Below, one piece after another: positions 1 through 11,998 of a stretch of DNA of 64,000 nt. Origin of the DNA: Balanoglossus misakiensis (lineage: Eukaryota > Animalia > Hemichordata); the NCBI GenBank assembly GCA_040954595.2, contig CM082581.2, positions 8,144,059 to 8,208,058 of the forward strand, given 5' to 3'. A program made the translations under genes and the position numbers. The notes beneath the pieces are model-generated. The model did no database searches and was not told the DNA's origin. It saw only the letters and a list, made by a program, of their open reading frames with translations. Numbering within the stretch: the first letter of the stretch is position 1; every line of letters starts with the position of its first letter.

Positions 1-342
1 GGAAGACAGGCCATTATAAAACAAGGTTCCTCAAATATCTCCAAAATGAGTACATAACTTCACAATAACCCGTCAGAATATCGATCATTCATGTCTTAAA
101 TGGTGTCCATATTTTCAAGTGTAATTTCAAATGATTGCGATTGCGTATGTATACACACGGCACATCTCACAGCACTTACGCATGGTAAATAAATGTAGCT
201 AGTACGTGTACACAGTAGTTCTCATATGCTAAATTTAGATAATTACAAAACTATGGAAAATGGCCGAAACAGCTTGTTAAATTGGAGAAATGGGCCGTCG
301 TAAACGAGGTTCCGCCGGAATGCCGCCCCCGACAGCAGCTAC

Positions 343-566
343 TGACGTAAATTGCCAACACGCTCTCTTTTCAAAGATATCCTGTGTAAGCCCTAACCGC
401 CACACACACACGGTACCGGTGTATGCAAAAGTTCCTGTCTATTCGCGGAATTGGCCGAAGTGAGCTCGGCTATTTTCGGCTCAAGTGGGGATTCCCTGCG
501 CCGGGTCTACCGTAACCATTGAATGTGTTTCGCGTCATCGACCGGACGTTGAGGACACAATATAAA
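343..566 (+). promoter_or_regulatory. Putative inducible promoter of the cytokine-like gene
   Basis: CRE-like TGACGTAA 343-350, GAS-like TTCGCGGAA 442-450, consensus kB site GGGGATTCCC 487-496, half-CRE CGTCA 533-537 and TATAAA 561-566, all upstream of ATG 687. Motifs are seen directly; function is inferred. Confidence 0.6.
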
Positions 567-686
567 GAGCGCTTGTTCACTGGTGAAAGTAACAGAATTA
601 CTAGCAAGCAAGCAAGAACGATCGAACACATCGCAATAGTCCTGCAACCAGAAAACTTCTTCACGACAACTTACCCACGAGAAAAA

Positions 687-2959
687 ATGACAACTTCAAG
701 GAAAATCTACAATTTTGCTGAAATCGGTTAGTTGCAAATAATGTCTGATTATAATCAACTTTGCTCTCAATTTTTTCCCTCTTCGTCGTGGAAATTCTGG
801 TTTGCACTATTTCTTATTATTTTCCAGCCTAACGATAACATAATCTTTCTTCTCCAACAGCGGTTGCAGTGGCCTTAATGTTGGCAACGTTTATCAATGG
901 AGCACCAACTGTTGCCGCCCCAAGTGAAGACACGGTGGCAGATTCCTACACAACTTTGTACCAGAAGACAGTCGCTTTCTATTCGGAACATCAAGAAATC
1001 TACAAAAAATTTGTAAGTATAGTGATCTCATCACTCAGCCGATTACATAATGTGGTTTTAAAAATAGCTGATTTTTTCATTACCGCATAATTAATTGTTG
1101 GATCCGGGAAATACGGGCTGGATTTAGGCTTATAGGTTCTCTTGTATTTATGTTTCAATGTAGTATTTTATTCCACTCTGGACCCGCTCTGATTCAACAA
1201 CATGTGTGTATGTCTGCACAGTTGAGAAACTGGATCACGCGACCGTGTAATGAGGCCACGGACCACGTTGACTGACCCAAATCATAATATTATCCGAGTA
1301 CACAACATGTGGTTGTCCGCTCCCGCGGCTATTCCACTCAGTAGCAGGTTAAAGGCCAAACAAGCGAGACTATTAAATACGCGCGCTGAAGCCAACTTCG
1401 CTTATATTATGAAACACTGTACAGTTTGCATTTACTTGTACATGTATTCATGTTACGGAGATCTGTTGGTGAAGCCGGAAAAAACTTCAAAGGTGTTTGA
1501 TTTTTTCACTTAAAAGAAGCTCCAAATAATGTCACATTTTACACTGAGGGTCCATGAGTTGTTGCGCACTTTACGGAAATCCAGACGTGCAAACTTAAAC
1601 ATTGGGCTTGTTCTGTGGTGTGAAGTCAAGGAGGAAGTCAATTTAGTATTTACTCGCTGTCAGTGGTCGCGAGGAGACACGCCCAGGCACTTTGATACCC
1701 CGTGAGGCCTTGTAGATACACATACGTTCGAATGTTCGGTTGATTTGTCATCAATTTGCCATTTGTGAAAAAGTACACCCGCACGAAACCCAAAAGTGCG
1801 TGGTGATGACGCGATAGTCAACCGCCTTTACAATGAGGAAATCACAGAGCTATTTTTAGCCCAGACTAATACTTAAATTGTCTCCTCCTTTTTTGGTGTT
1901 TACAGAAAAGCATCCGCCTTGACAACGAAGACATCATGGACGATATCCACAGTTTCAATTTCGAAGGTTTGCCAACTCCAGTCTCAAGATTCTTGGCATT
2001 TCGTATGGAGGTAGGCATACCCTGTTCTTTGAACACTTCCATGAACCAAAGACCGAACATTACAAACAGCAACGTCATTTCCTTGAAAGACCCTAAACCG
2101 TTCCCTAGAGCAATACATGCATGCAGCGCATACCGCTTATCAAGGATATGGATGTTCGATTGAAAGCGCGCCCTCTGGTGGCCTCTACGCCGCACCCTGG
2201 TTCCGAATCGTAATACTTCGTAATACTAATAGTACTTCCTCCATTGACTTTCTCTTTAAAACATCTTTTCTTCATTCAACCAACAGGAGAAAGATTTACT
2301 GGTTCTGCACAGAGACAACTTCCAGGCATTCCTGTCCTTTGTCCAGATTATGTACATGGAAGAGTTGGATCACGAAGCTGAGGGTCTTTCAGATCCCTTC
2401 CACGAGGAGTTCCAGGAAATCCGTCATCATCTGAACATCGTCATCAATAATCTCAATTCATTGGTGAGTACACTTACAAACACAATTATTTTGCCATGTT
2501 TATTATTGGTAAATTTACGTCTTGGCGGGTGGTATATGTTTTCTCTATTCAGCAACAGTAAATGACACGTGTGGTTGTATTACTGAGGTCAGCGGCATAC
2601 TGTTTATACGTCCAAAAAAACTTGTGAACTTATATGAAAAAGGTGAAATGATGATGACGATGGAGGTGGTGGTTGTGATTATAGGCGATAGTAGGAGTGA
2701 TGATTATATGATAAAAAAAAATTCTTGCACAATGCAGAATGATACTGATAGTTGTGTTTTCTTTGACTTTGCTCCGCAGCTGCACGCTTTGGGGTACCCA
2801 GACAGTGTTGACACCAGCGAAGACCCTGCCGGTGCTAGCATGCTGAATTCTGTCCACATCCGCGACATCAGACACGTCAAAGTTCTCTACGAGCTCTCCA
2901 ACTACCTGCCCAGTGCAAGGCAACATTTCGAACATCTTGGCAAGAGCTCGACCATCTAA
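687..2959 (+). CDS. Secreted 217-aa protein, putative long-chain four-helix cytokine (IL-6/CNTF-like)
   Basis: Exons 687-726, 861-1012, 1906-2010, 2287-2463, 2780-2959; all introns GT-AG, phases 1,0,0,0, giving an open frame to TAA. N-terminal hydrophobic signal (IAVAVALMLATFING-AP). Four amphipathic segments; the last, HVKVLYELSNYL, resembles remembered CNTF helix D (LKVLQELSQW). The gene model is well supported; the family call is inference. Confidence 0.7.
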
Positions 2960-3822
2960 AGAAAACTGGTGACTTGTCTAGATTTTGTTGGTTCAAGACC
3001 GTACAATTCTGGGTGTTATACATCTACATCTATAATTTTTCTTTGTTCCTCGCCGGTAATGGCCCGAGTATGGTATGTAGAAAAAAAATCAACAGCAACA
3101 TGCGGTTTGTATGCTTCGTTCAACATTCTCATTGCGCAAACAAAATGCAAAAAAATACAATTTTAGAATCATTTTCATCATTCATCCTGGAAAAAAAAAT
3201 AGTTTACAAGTGTACAAAATAACTATCATGTTGCTGGTTGGTTGATATTCTCGTGTGACAGTCATGTGATTGTCACATGAATCTTTGATTCGATCTGGCA
3301 ATATTTGTCAGGTTGTGTCACTGTCGTCAATGTTTGCTTGACATTAATGTAGGGATTACAATCCCATATTAGTCACTTACACACACTAGAACAGAGAAAT
3401 GAACGAATACAAAAAGTAGCTTGATAGTGAATATATTTCACATTTGTGGGTTTATTGAAAATAATACTTGTTAACCAGAACATGTTTATTAATACTTATT
3501 GAAGTTATCGACACTGAAATAGCCAATTTTCAGATCATTTTGAAAATTTATTTGTATGTTTTTACACAAAGACTGTCAGTACTACTACACTTTATCACTG
3601 GAGTCAGTGTTTTCGATTTCATTTACACATTTTAATGTATTGTTGTTGCCTTTCAGTACTATCATTAGGTTTAAGGGACTTATTATTCAGTAATAGAAGT
3701 GCAGTTTTTTCATAAATAATTTTCTCGGACAATTATTGAAGTGTAATATTTATAAATAAGTTGATTTTCCGACTGGTTCTTGCCACTTTTGAAATGTTCC
3801 CGTGCTGTTTGATGAGGTACTA

Positions 3823-4073
3823 TTATTTATTGTGTCATTTTTTGAAAATAATTTTAACAGCCAATTTGGCTTATTTATTGATCTTTTTGGGAGACAAAAG
3901 ATATGTATCATAAAATACGAAATTTTGGCTTGAACATTTACAATACTTCCAAAAGGGCAATATTTATTGTAATATTTATTGATGGATAACAATATGTCTT
4001 TTTTCATAAATTATTGTGGTTACTATTTATGTACACAGATTGTAAATGGTTTGTCATTCGCTCGGAGAATAAA
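3823..4073 (+). promoter_or_regulatory. AU-rich element cluster and poly(A) signal in the presumed 3' UTR of the cytokine-like gene
   Basis: TTATTTATT at 3823-3831 and 3871-3879, TATTTATT twice in 3961-3980, further ATTTA pentamers, and AATAAA at 4068-4073. Confidence 0.5.
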
Positions 4074-4627
4074 TTACCAGAATACATATTTTTAAAATGC
4101 GTTTCTATCCACAATGCTCTTGTGTTGCTTGTGATCCTGAGCGATCAAAGCCCGGGGTCAAATAATTGAGCATACGGGTCACGGCCATTAAAGGACACAG
4201 CATCATGTGCCTATGGTCGTCTTTTAGCCTATTCAAATCGCGGCCAAAGACTCCAAAGACTTTGACGCAGCCGCGACACATGCAGACGACTATATTTTGC
4301 CATCACCATCATCGAATACCACGACGAAATTACTATCTGTATGATTTCTTCCAAACCAGAACGCAACATTAGCCGTAGGCTAGGCGGCCTCTACGTTCAG
4401 CTTTGCCACATGAGGGCGCTTTTGTTCAACAGTCGTTGAACTTCCGGTCGTTTTTGGAGAGAGGAGGTGACTTAGTGGAGTGGCCATAATCTGAGGACTT
4501 GGCGTTCGCCTGAAACTTTGAAGTCATGTTCGTCTTTAGCCAAGCTTTCACTTGCCTATAAAGCAGGTAGTACCCGAAGACTTTATTATTTCCTGTTTTA
4601 TTTTGTTGAAATAGTCAACGTTTCATC

Positions 4628-7600
4628 ATGCAGGCTCAAGCAAACGGCTCCCAGTACGGGTCGCATGATGTCATCTCAGCACATCCGGTCCCTGGCTCTA
4701 CTGGTGGCCATGGGAAATCCACCCCACTGCCAAACAAAATACAGCTAGCTGCCAGATTTGACCCAAGTTCAGACAGCAGTGATTTCTCAACAGACACCAC
4801 CAGCAGCCTGTCATCGGATTCAGATGATGATTCGCGTGAGGCGAGTTTGAGAAGGCCAGGACAGGAACAACAACAATCCCAGCCTTTGCATCATTATCAC
4901 CACCACCATCATCAACAACAACATGAACCATGGTTCCAAAAGCAAGTTTATCAACCTCAGGTTAAAGAGAAAGTACAGCAGAAGCATCTCAGTGTAACCG
5001 AACACAAGGAACATCCTATGCAAACCGATGTTCGAAGGTTTAATGATGGTCACGGATATAACCTATATTCAGAATCCAAACGTTCCAGAGATGGGGTACA
5101 ACTTCTGCCTCCAGTTGCATTCCAGCAAGAAACAAACGGAAAGCCGGCTCCCGGTGGTTATCCATACGCTCAGCCAGTGGGGCAGAAAGGAGAGTCTGGA
5201 ACCATGAAAACATATAACTATGGTTCCATACGAACACAGAGTCCCACATACGGTGGGTATCTGGAAGAGGAAGATGACAAGGTGCAGGATGGAGACCTTA
5301 TAATGCGCAAAAAAGGAATCAGGAGTGAAGACAGGCCAGCAGTGGAAACTGGGCTACAGTACGGCATTCCATTTCCAGGTAAATGTATGAGCGACTTGCA
5401 ATCCCGTCAGATGCCCTCTGACCCCGAGACAGGTATCGCTGATAGTTACAGCCAGGGGTATCCTAGCGTTAGCCAAGGCAGGGATGACACAAGTGTGGAC
5501 AAGGAGCTGTCTGAGCATAGGAGTTTGATTTCAGAGGCAGATACCGGTGACGTTTCGTCTGTGTCTTCAGATTTAAGTGGCGTATCAGGGCTAAGGAGTG
5601 AGAAATCTTCTCGGCACAGAGGTAGGGTTTTCAAGGCAAATGTCATTATGTATATATATACTAGTATCAGGCAAGCTACCCTATGGACATTTTCCATCTG
5701 AATATTACCCACCAATCAGTTAGGAAAGGGTTCAAAATAGAGTTATGATAAGTTTTCACTGTATTGTGTTTAATTTTGACAGGAATTGGCAGAGGCAACT
5801 TCGGTGCCATAAAAAGCAGTGTTGCCCACCTGCAGGTTGGCAACAGCGACACAGTTCCCAGATCTTCCTCTGATACAACAATGACGAACGCCAACAGGGG
5901 AACTGCGAGGCAGGACTCCCAAGACAGCCCGACTGGCGGAAGTAACTCCTCAGAAAACTTCTGCAGGAACAAGTGGCACGGAAAATCCGACTCGGAAGGC
6001 AATCCTCACGGGCAAGGCGGCTACACCTACAGAGGCAAATTCCGGTCAAGGCGCGGGGTGGGCGGCCATCATCACCACCACCACAAAAGCCGGGCGCACG
6101 GAGGGAAGAAGTTCCATCCTAGCAAACACCTCTCCAGGGAAGACAAGTGGACGACTGGTGCGGATGTGGGTAAACCGTCACCGATTAAAACCAAGGCTCC
6201 CGGAGTTGGTGGCCAAGAGTTAATGGACTCTGACCCTGAAACAAAGAAGAAACCCCAGATGTTACAGATGAATGAGAAAGAGTTGCTGCGAACGGAATAT
6301 GATTGGCAGAAGCATAAGATTGAGAGAAAAGTGAAGATGGTAGGTTTAGCACCCATGATGAACTTACAGTTGTTGGTAATGTCAAACAAACCACTATTGT
6401 AGTAGTTTTGTATTGATAAAAATGATTCAAAGAAAGTATTCAGGAAGAAAGTTAACATATTCTATACCGACAAAGTCTTGTTGTTTCATTACAGGTTCTT
6501 AATGGTTTGTCAGAAAACAAAATGTCTGATGCTGTCCATGAGATAGAAAAGATTCTGAACACTGGTAAGAAATATCAGGTCATGTTTTGAATCTAACCGA
6601 GCAGGCTTATATGCAGTTGTCTTTTTGGAACCTAGTATCACCTAACTGATTGGGCATACTTCCCCATATTCAACCATGCTTAATAACTTGCTACTTGTTT
6701 TTCTACTGACAGGAGTTGCAGAGCTAGCCAAGTTTCCGTGGCCCAAACATCTGTTCATTGCGTTGGATGTGATAATCAGCTATGGTGTTGAGGACTCAAC
6801 TGCTCACGATACAGTCTGTATTTTAATACAGCACTTGGAAGGCAAGTCTTCCCATTGGTAGAATAAAACGATCTGTTGCTGTTTTTTTGTTGAGTTGTGA
6901 ATTTCGACTGATTGTACAATGGTAGAAAAGATGGTAAATTGTTTTTCCTGTAATTCTTTGCCATAAAACTAGGTCTTCATGCTGAGGGGTTTGACCAACA
7001 GATCAGCCAGGTTCTCTGCAAGAAAATGGGAGAGTATATCAAGGTACAGTTATTTCTGCCTTCTGTGCAACTTTATGTTGCGAGTGTACCATCTTTGGAA
7101 AAAGGTTCACGTTATTTGTGTGTAAGGGCTAATCAGTTATGTCTAAAAAGATTAAACGTAATTTGCATCATAAACAGTTGACTCACAGAGTGAATGTTTG
7201 CATTTGTCTTTTCTCAGCCATCTGGGGCCAAGGATCAGCAGTTACTGTCGTACAGTAGACTGCTCGGTAAGTTGTATTTGATGGCTGTGATGAGTACATC
7301 GGGTTTGAAGAAACAAGTGTCAGCGTGTGTGCACAGCAGCATTGAAAAGTGGATCAGCTTCAACAAACAGGTATGTGTCACATAGTTATATTATTATATG
7401 TGCAGAGTCATTGAGAATGGGGTGATTGTTCCACACAGCATTGCGGGGCTCATAATTTACAAGTACTCTGCCCTGTGTAACATGAAGTCTAAACTAAATT
7501 CAATTAGCTTCAGGTGTCATATACACAGTGTAGCAACGCTTTTCTGTTCTGTTGATCCTTCAGGGCCAGAACCCACCTCCAGATGTTCTCGAGACGTACA

Positions 7601-10392
7601 CAAACTGTCTGACAGCACTGCTGAAGGTGATTGGAAGTTACTTGGACAGGTGTGAAGAGAAACTGGCTGGCCAATATGTGGATATGATCCGGGAAAGAAT
7701 CCTGACTGAAACTAATGTACCCAGGTAGGAAGAGAGTAAAATGACAAACGTGTGTGGTTTGTATAGGAGTACATGGAAAGTAAATATTTTAATGTACTAC
7801 AGTGACAATTTTTCCTTGTTAAAATTGAGCTGAAGGTTCGTTTTCCAGGGCTGAAGTTCTGTAGAAGTTACTTATAGAAAAGAAAAAACTGCTGGAAAAA
7901 TTTTAATTAAATATTGATATATTTTACTTAGGACAGTAAGAGAGAAGCTGTTAGACTTTTTACTGCTCCGGGCAGTTGGTTGGGACAATCCAGTGTTGAA
8001 GACACATCAAAGTGTGGAGAATATAGCGTTATCTGACACTGGGGTGAATACTGACAGTGTAGACACTGAGGATACGAGTGTTCAAGTTCAAAGCATTGAG
8101 AATCCTGTAGATGTCAAGGATGTTGGTGTTCAAGTTAACGACATTGAGAATGCTATTGTTGAAGGTCAAGGACAGTGTAAGTGTAATAGTATGTCAGCTT
8201 TCAATGGTAAATGATCACTTTCTTAGGAAGACTTTCACTGCTTTTCTTGGCTTTGTCATGTAAATTAACCACATGCAAAAGTGATAGAAGTTACGCGTGA
8301 GGAAAATTATTGCAGTAAAAATAGTTACTCTATTTTTATTCACAGTCACAGCTCCTGACTGTTGTGGGCACCATGCTAACAATGAGACACTGGAACACAC
8401 TGTTCCAGAAACAGAAAAGCCAGTTGCTGCTGCGTCCAGTCCTTACGGTAATGTACGCAGCATGCTGACAGAGCTAAATCTCGAAGAGCAATTCGACAAA
8501 TTTGTGGAGAATGGAATACGGGTAAGAATATCGCTGCCACACTTTCACTCCTGTTTAGATCCAGCTGCTCACTTGTTACCACTTGCTGTAATTTTTCGGC
8601 ATTTGAGGCATTTACATGACACAGACTGCATTTTTTTTAATTCCGCAGGATTCAGTTCTTATGGCCGATTGGAACGATCTGAAATCACTCCTGAAAGAGT
8701 GTGGTTTTCTTCCAGGGACTATTCTAGAAATCCAGATTTACTTGAGAAACAAAAGTAAGTGATTAAACAGCTAAACAAATTCTACCCCCCCCCCCCCCTC
8801 CCCATTTCCCAAATCCTTGAACTCTCTTTGCAGTTCTTGAAAATTAAAAAGTCGGTGTGGCCTTCCATAATAAACATAAGCTACTTGTCAATATGTGATG
8901 CATCCCTCCTCTTTGACCAGGACAAAGTGATAACTACCAGAAATTGGATTCAGAGATTATGTCAGCCCCAGGCAAGGACAGAAAGAAGGTGGTTCCACTA
9001 TCCACACAGCAGCCAGGTGTAAACGCAGCTGTGAACCTGGCAATGGCCGCAAAATGTCTCCCGACTTCTATCATGATCAGTGGTAGACACGTTCTGAGTA
9101 GTAATGGAGGTGACAATATCCAGGGTAATGTCACTTCAGCTCAATGTCTCAGTGCAAAGGAAACATGCGCAGCTGTTGGTATTACTGCAGAGAAGGAGGC
9201 TGTTGTGTCAGAATCAGCCGAACATGATGATGAAAATTGGGGCAGATGTGAAGAAGAGGAGGTGGAAAATGATGATGTTGTGTGCAGTGCTGTTGTTAAT
9301 GATGAAGATGATGATGGTGGTGGTGGTGGTGACAACAACGTTGATACTGTTGATCTGTGTGGCGATGGTACTTATGATGCTTGTGTTGATGCTGCTGATG
9401 CCGATGCCAATGATGATGATGCTGATGATGATGGTAGTGATGATGATAATATCGAAAGAAGCTCTGGTACCTATGTTGGTGAGATCAGTGGTGGTTGTGA
9501 TCGTGCACCCGAGGACCAAGCTGCCTTCAACAGTGAAGTGTTAGCAAACATGTCTGAAGAAGCAAGAAAACTGATCCAGAGAGACGCCACGCTCAGAAAG
9601 CAGATGTTCCATCAGCAGCCTCCAGAAGGCAAGCCGCCAGGTGGAAACCTTAAAACTGGAACAAAATCTGCAGTGGTTACTGAGGAAAATCCATCCACTA
9701 CTACAGAGAGACACAAGGGGCGTAACATCAGTGAGTGGAATTATCAATCTTTACCTGTAAGAGGTCACCAGAGTGTGGATGCTGTGAGATCACACTCGTC
9801 TGATGGGGAGAGTAAGACAGACAAGAACGACACCAAGGCGGGATATCTCAAGTATGACTTGTCGCCAAGAGCGATGAAGAAAATGCAGTCACGTCAGCGA
9901 GACACAGTTGAAAGTCAGTCAGATTCTTTGCATGGTTATGGCAAGCATGATAAAGTCACTACCAAATATGCAACTCGTCACCCTGGTAAAGCAAGCTCTA
10001 CGAAAACATTTCACGCCACTGAAAACCAGAAGAAGTCCCCCGAAAAGCAGCCAAGACAGGTAGATGGTGTCACGGGCCATCATTCACCACCAAAATCTAA
10101 GAAATCAAACCGTCTCCGCGGCTGCGAGATTTGCGGCAGCAACAGCCACACCCTGAGGGCATGTCCGGTTTTCTGCAAATACGCCCCAAGCTCTCGCAAA
10201 CACAAGGGTGAAAATCCCGAAGAGGAATCGGAAAGCGTTGCCACGCCCCTTGACAGCAGCGAAGGAACCTCAAGCGGGGATGACACGATGGCCACTGCCA
10301 ACTTTGGCGTGCGCAGGGTTTGCAGTGTGTGTTCCAAGCCCGGACATTCCACGTTTCACTGTCCAAAGAAGTTCAACAACTTTTTTCTTTAG
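4628..10392 (+). CDS. ~1377-aa protein with MIF4G domain, SAM-like domain and two CCHC zinc knuckles (putative RNA/translation regulator)
   Basis: Exons 4628-5621, 5783-6339, 6495-6564, 6713-6841, 6973-7043, 7218-7370, 7564-7724, 7932-8176, 8346(or 8352)-8521, 8649-8754, 8921-10392; phases consistent, 4134 nt total. MIF4G-type motifs: RKVKMVLNGLSENK, SRLLGKLY, NCLTALLKVIGSYLD, REKLLDFLLLRAVGW. SAM-like: VRSMLTELNLEEQFDKFVENGI...LKECGFLPG. Knuckles: CEICGSNSHTLRAC and CSVCSKPGHSTFHC. AATAAA at 11094. Confidence 0.75.
9295..9450 (+). repeat. GAT/GGT-rich trinucleotide low-complexity tract (poly-Asp/Gly) in the last exon of the MIF4G gene
   Basis: Runs of gatgat and ggtggt encoding NDEDDDGGGG and DDDADDDGSDDD. 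Confidence 0.7.
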
Positions 10393-11998
10393 CTTGTCAT
10401 GCCATATATCGAAGGTAGTTTTTGACTTTCATTAACTCCTTTTTGAGTGCAAGTACCACACACTTTCCCTGTGACCCACCGCATCACCTGACTGTTGGTT
10501 TGATTTGGGGGTTTAAAAAAATCCCAGACACACTTTGTATGATAGTTACGACAGCTTGCATTCACGCAAATTTGAACCAGTTATCTCAACACATCGAGAA
10601 AACTGGTTTTTGGAAGGTTAAATAAACTGGTTGTCACGTGATGGTTGTGTAAACAGTGGTCACACTGAAATAACATAAAATGGAGGCCGTCTTTGCGCTG
10701 TTGGGATTTCTGATGTGAAGTTGCATGATAATCGGTGGTTGTTGGATTTGTTCTTGTTAGTTGTTAATTAATCTGTCTACGTTATCCTGAACACCCCTGG
10801 ATGAATAGAAATTCACAGATTCAGTCTGTGGGATTTTGGTATAGAAGAAACTGCCATACTGCTGGAAGGATTGTCAACACATCTTTGACAGAAAATCTTG
10901 TTTTGCCCCAGTGAAAAGTATTTTGTTGTGTTAAATGTATTACGGTATAGTCATTTACCTAGAATTCAAGCATACATAATCATTAATGTTCCAAGCATAC
11001 TTTGATACAATTTTCATTTCATAAACCTTTGTTTACACCAACTCTGTTAGAATACATTTCAGTTATGTTACATTTACCTTTTTTGGAACTGTTAATAAAA
11101 GTTAAGACAACTTAATGCATTGTAAGGCTATTTTTGTTCAAATAAGACACTGCAAAACAATTTAGGTTTGGTGCACTGATGAAACATTGTTGCAAAGAAA
11201 TTTAGTATGTCATCTCCACCAGAAATGAAGATGTATTTTTAATTATTATACCCAGAGGCAGTGTGGGTTAACACATTCCAAACCCTTATGTGTAGCAAAC
11301 ATCCATCGTATGCTATCTAACAGTCCATAAGAAATTAGTAAACCACAATATAATATTTAAGATTTTATTTCAAAATACAAATATTAAATATATATTCAAT
11401 AAATAGAAATTAAAAGAAAATTGAAAATGAAATTCTGACATACATAACAAAAAAATTGTCAGCCAAATAATGTGTGGCTCTTTGGTTTCATAATTAAGAA
11501 TAACATTCTGATTAAAATAGCAAACTGATAAGCTCCTTCCTTGGCAAAGTTCAGGAGTACATATTCATGGCAGTTGTCTCAGATCAGGTGACAATATTTC
11601 TCAAAGACTCATCACTAGAGGGCAATGTTCATCCCAGCTTGACGCACTCTCTGTATAAACGGACGGAGCTTCTCAATAGCAAAAGCACTGGTTCATAAGT
11701 TTGTCCTTCACTTTTCAATAGTGCAGGCAATCTGTGGGAGACGTCATGGAGCTTTCTGTAATTGAGAATGAACAAGAAGATGATGAGAATATGACGCATT
11801 TGACTGTATGGTCGGGTGTAGCTGTGGGACTTCAGCATTTGCAAGGACGGTGGTGGAAAATGTTTGAATACTTTGACAGTGAGGCTTTCATTAGAAGAAT
11901 TTCCAATTCAGTCCAGGATGTACCAAGTACCAATACAGACACAGACAGATGAAAATTTGATGAAAATTTAATATGGAATGACATAAAAAATAACTTAC

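Noticed and set aside
9104-9544. Poly-Met and poly-Ile ORFs (9104-9544 +, 9214-9519 -)
   Set aside because: Alternative-frame readings of the GAT/GGT repeat tract in the real exon.
10120-10365. CCHC knuckles as a retrotransposon Gag remnant
   Set aside because: No protease, RT, integrase or LTRs nearby; the knuckles are far apart and lie in an exon spliced in frame to the MIF4G gene.
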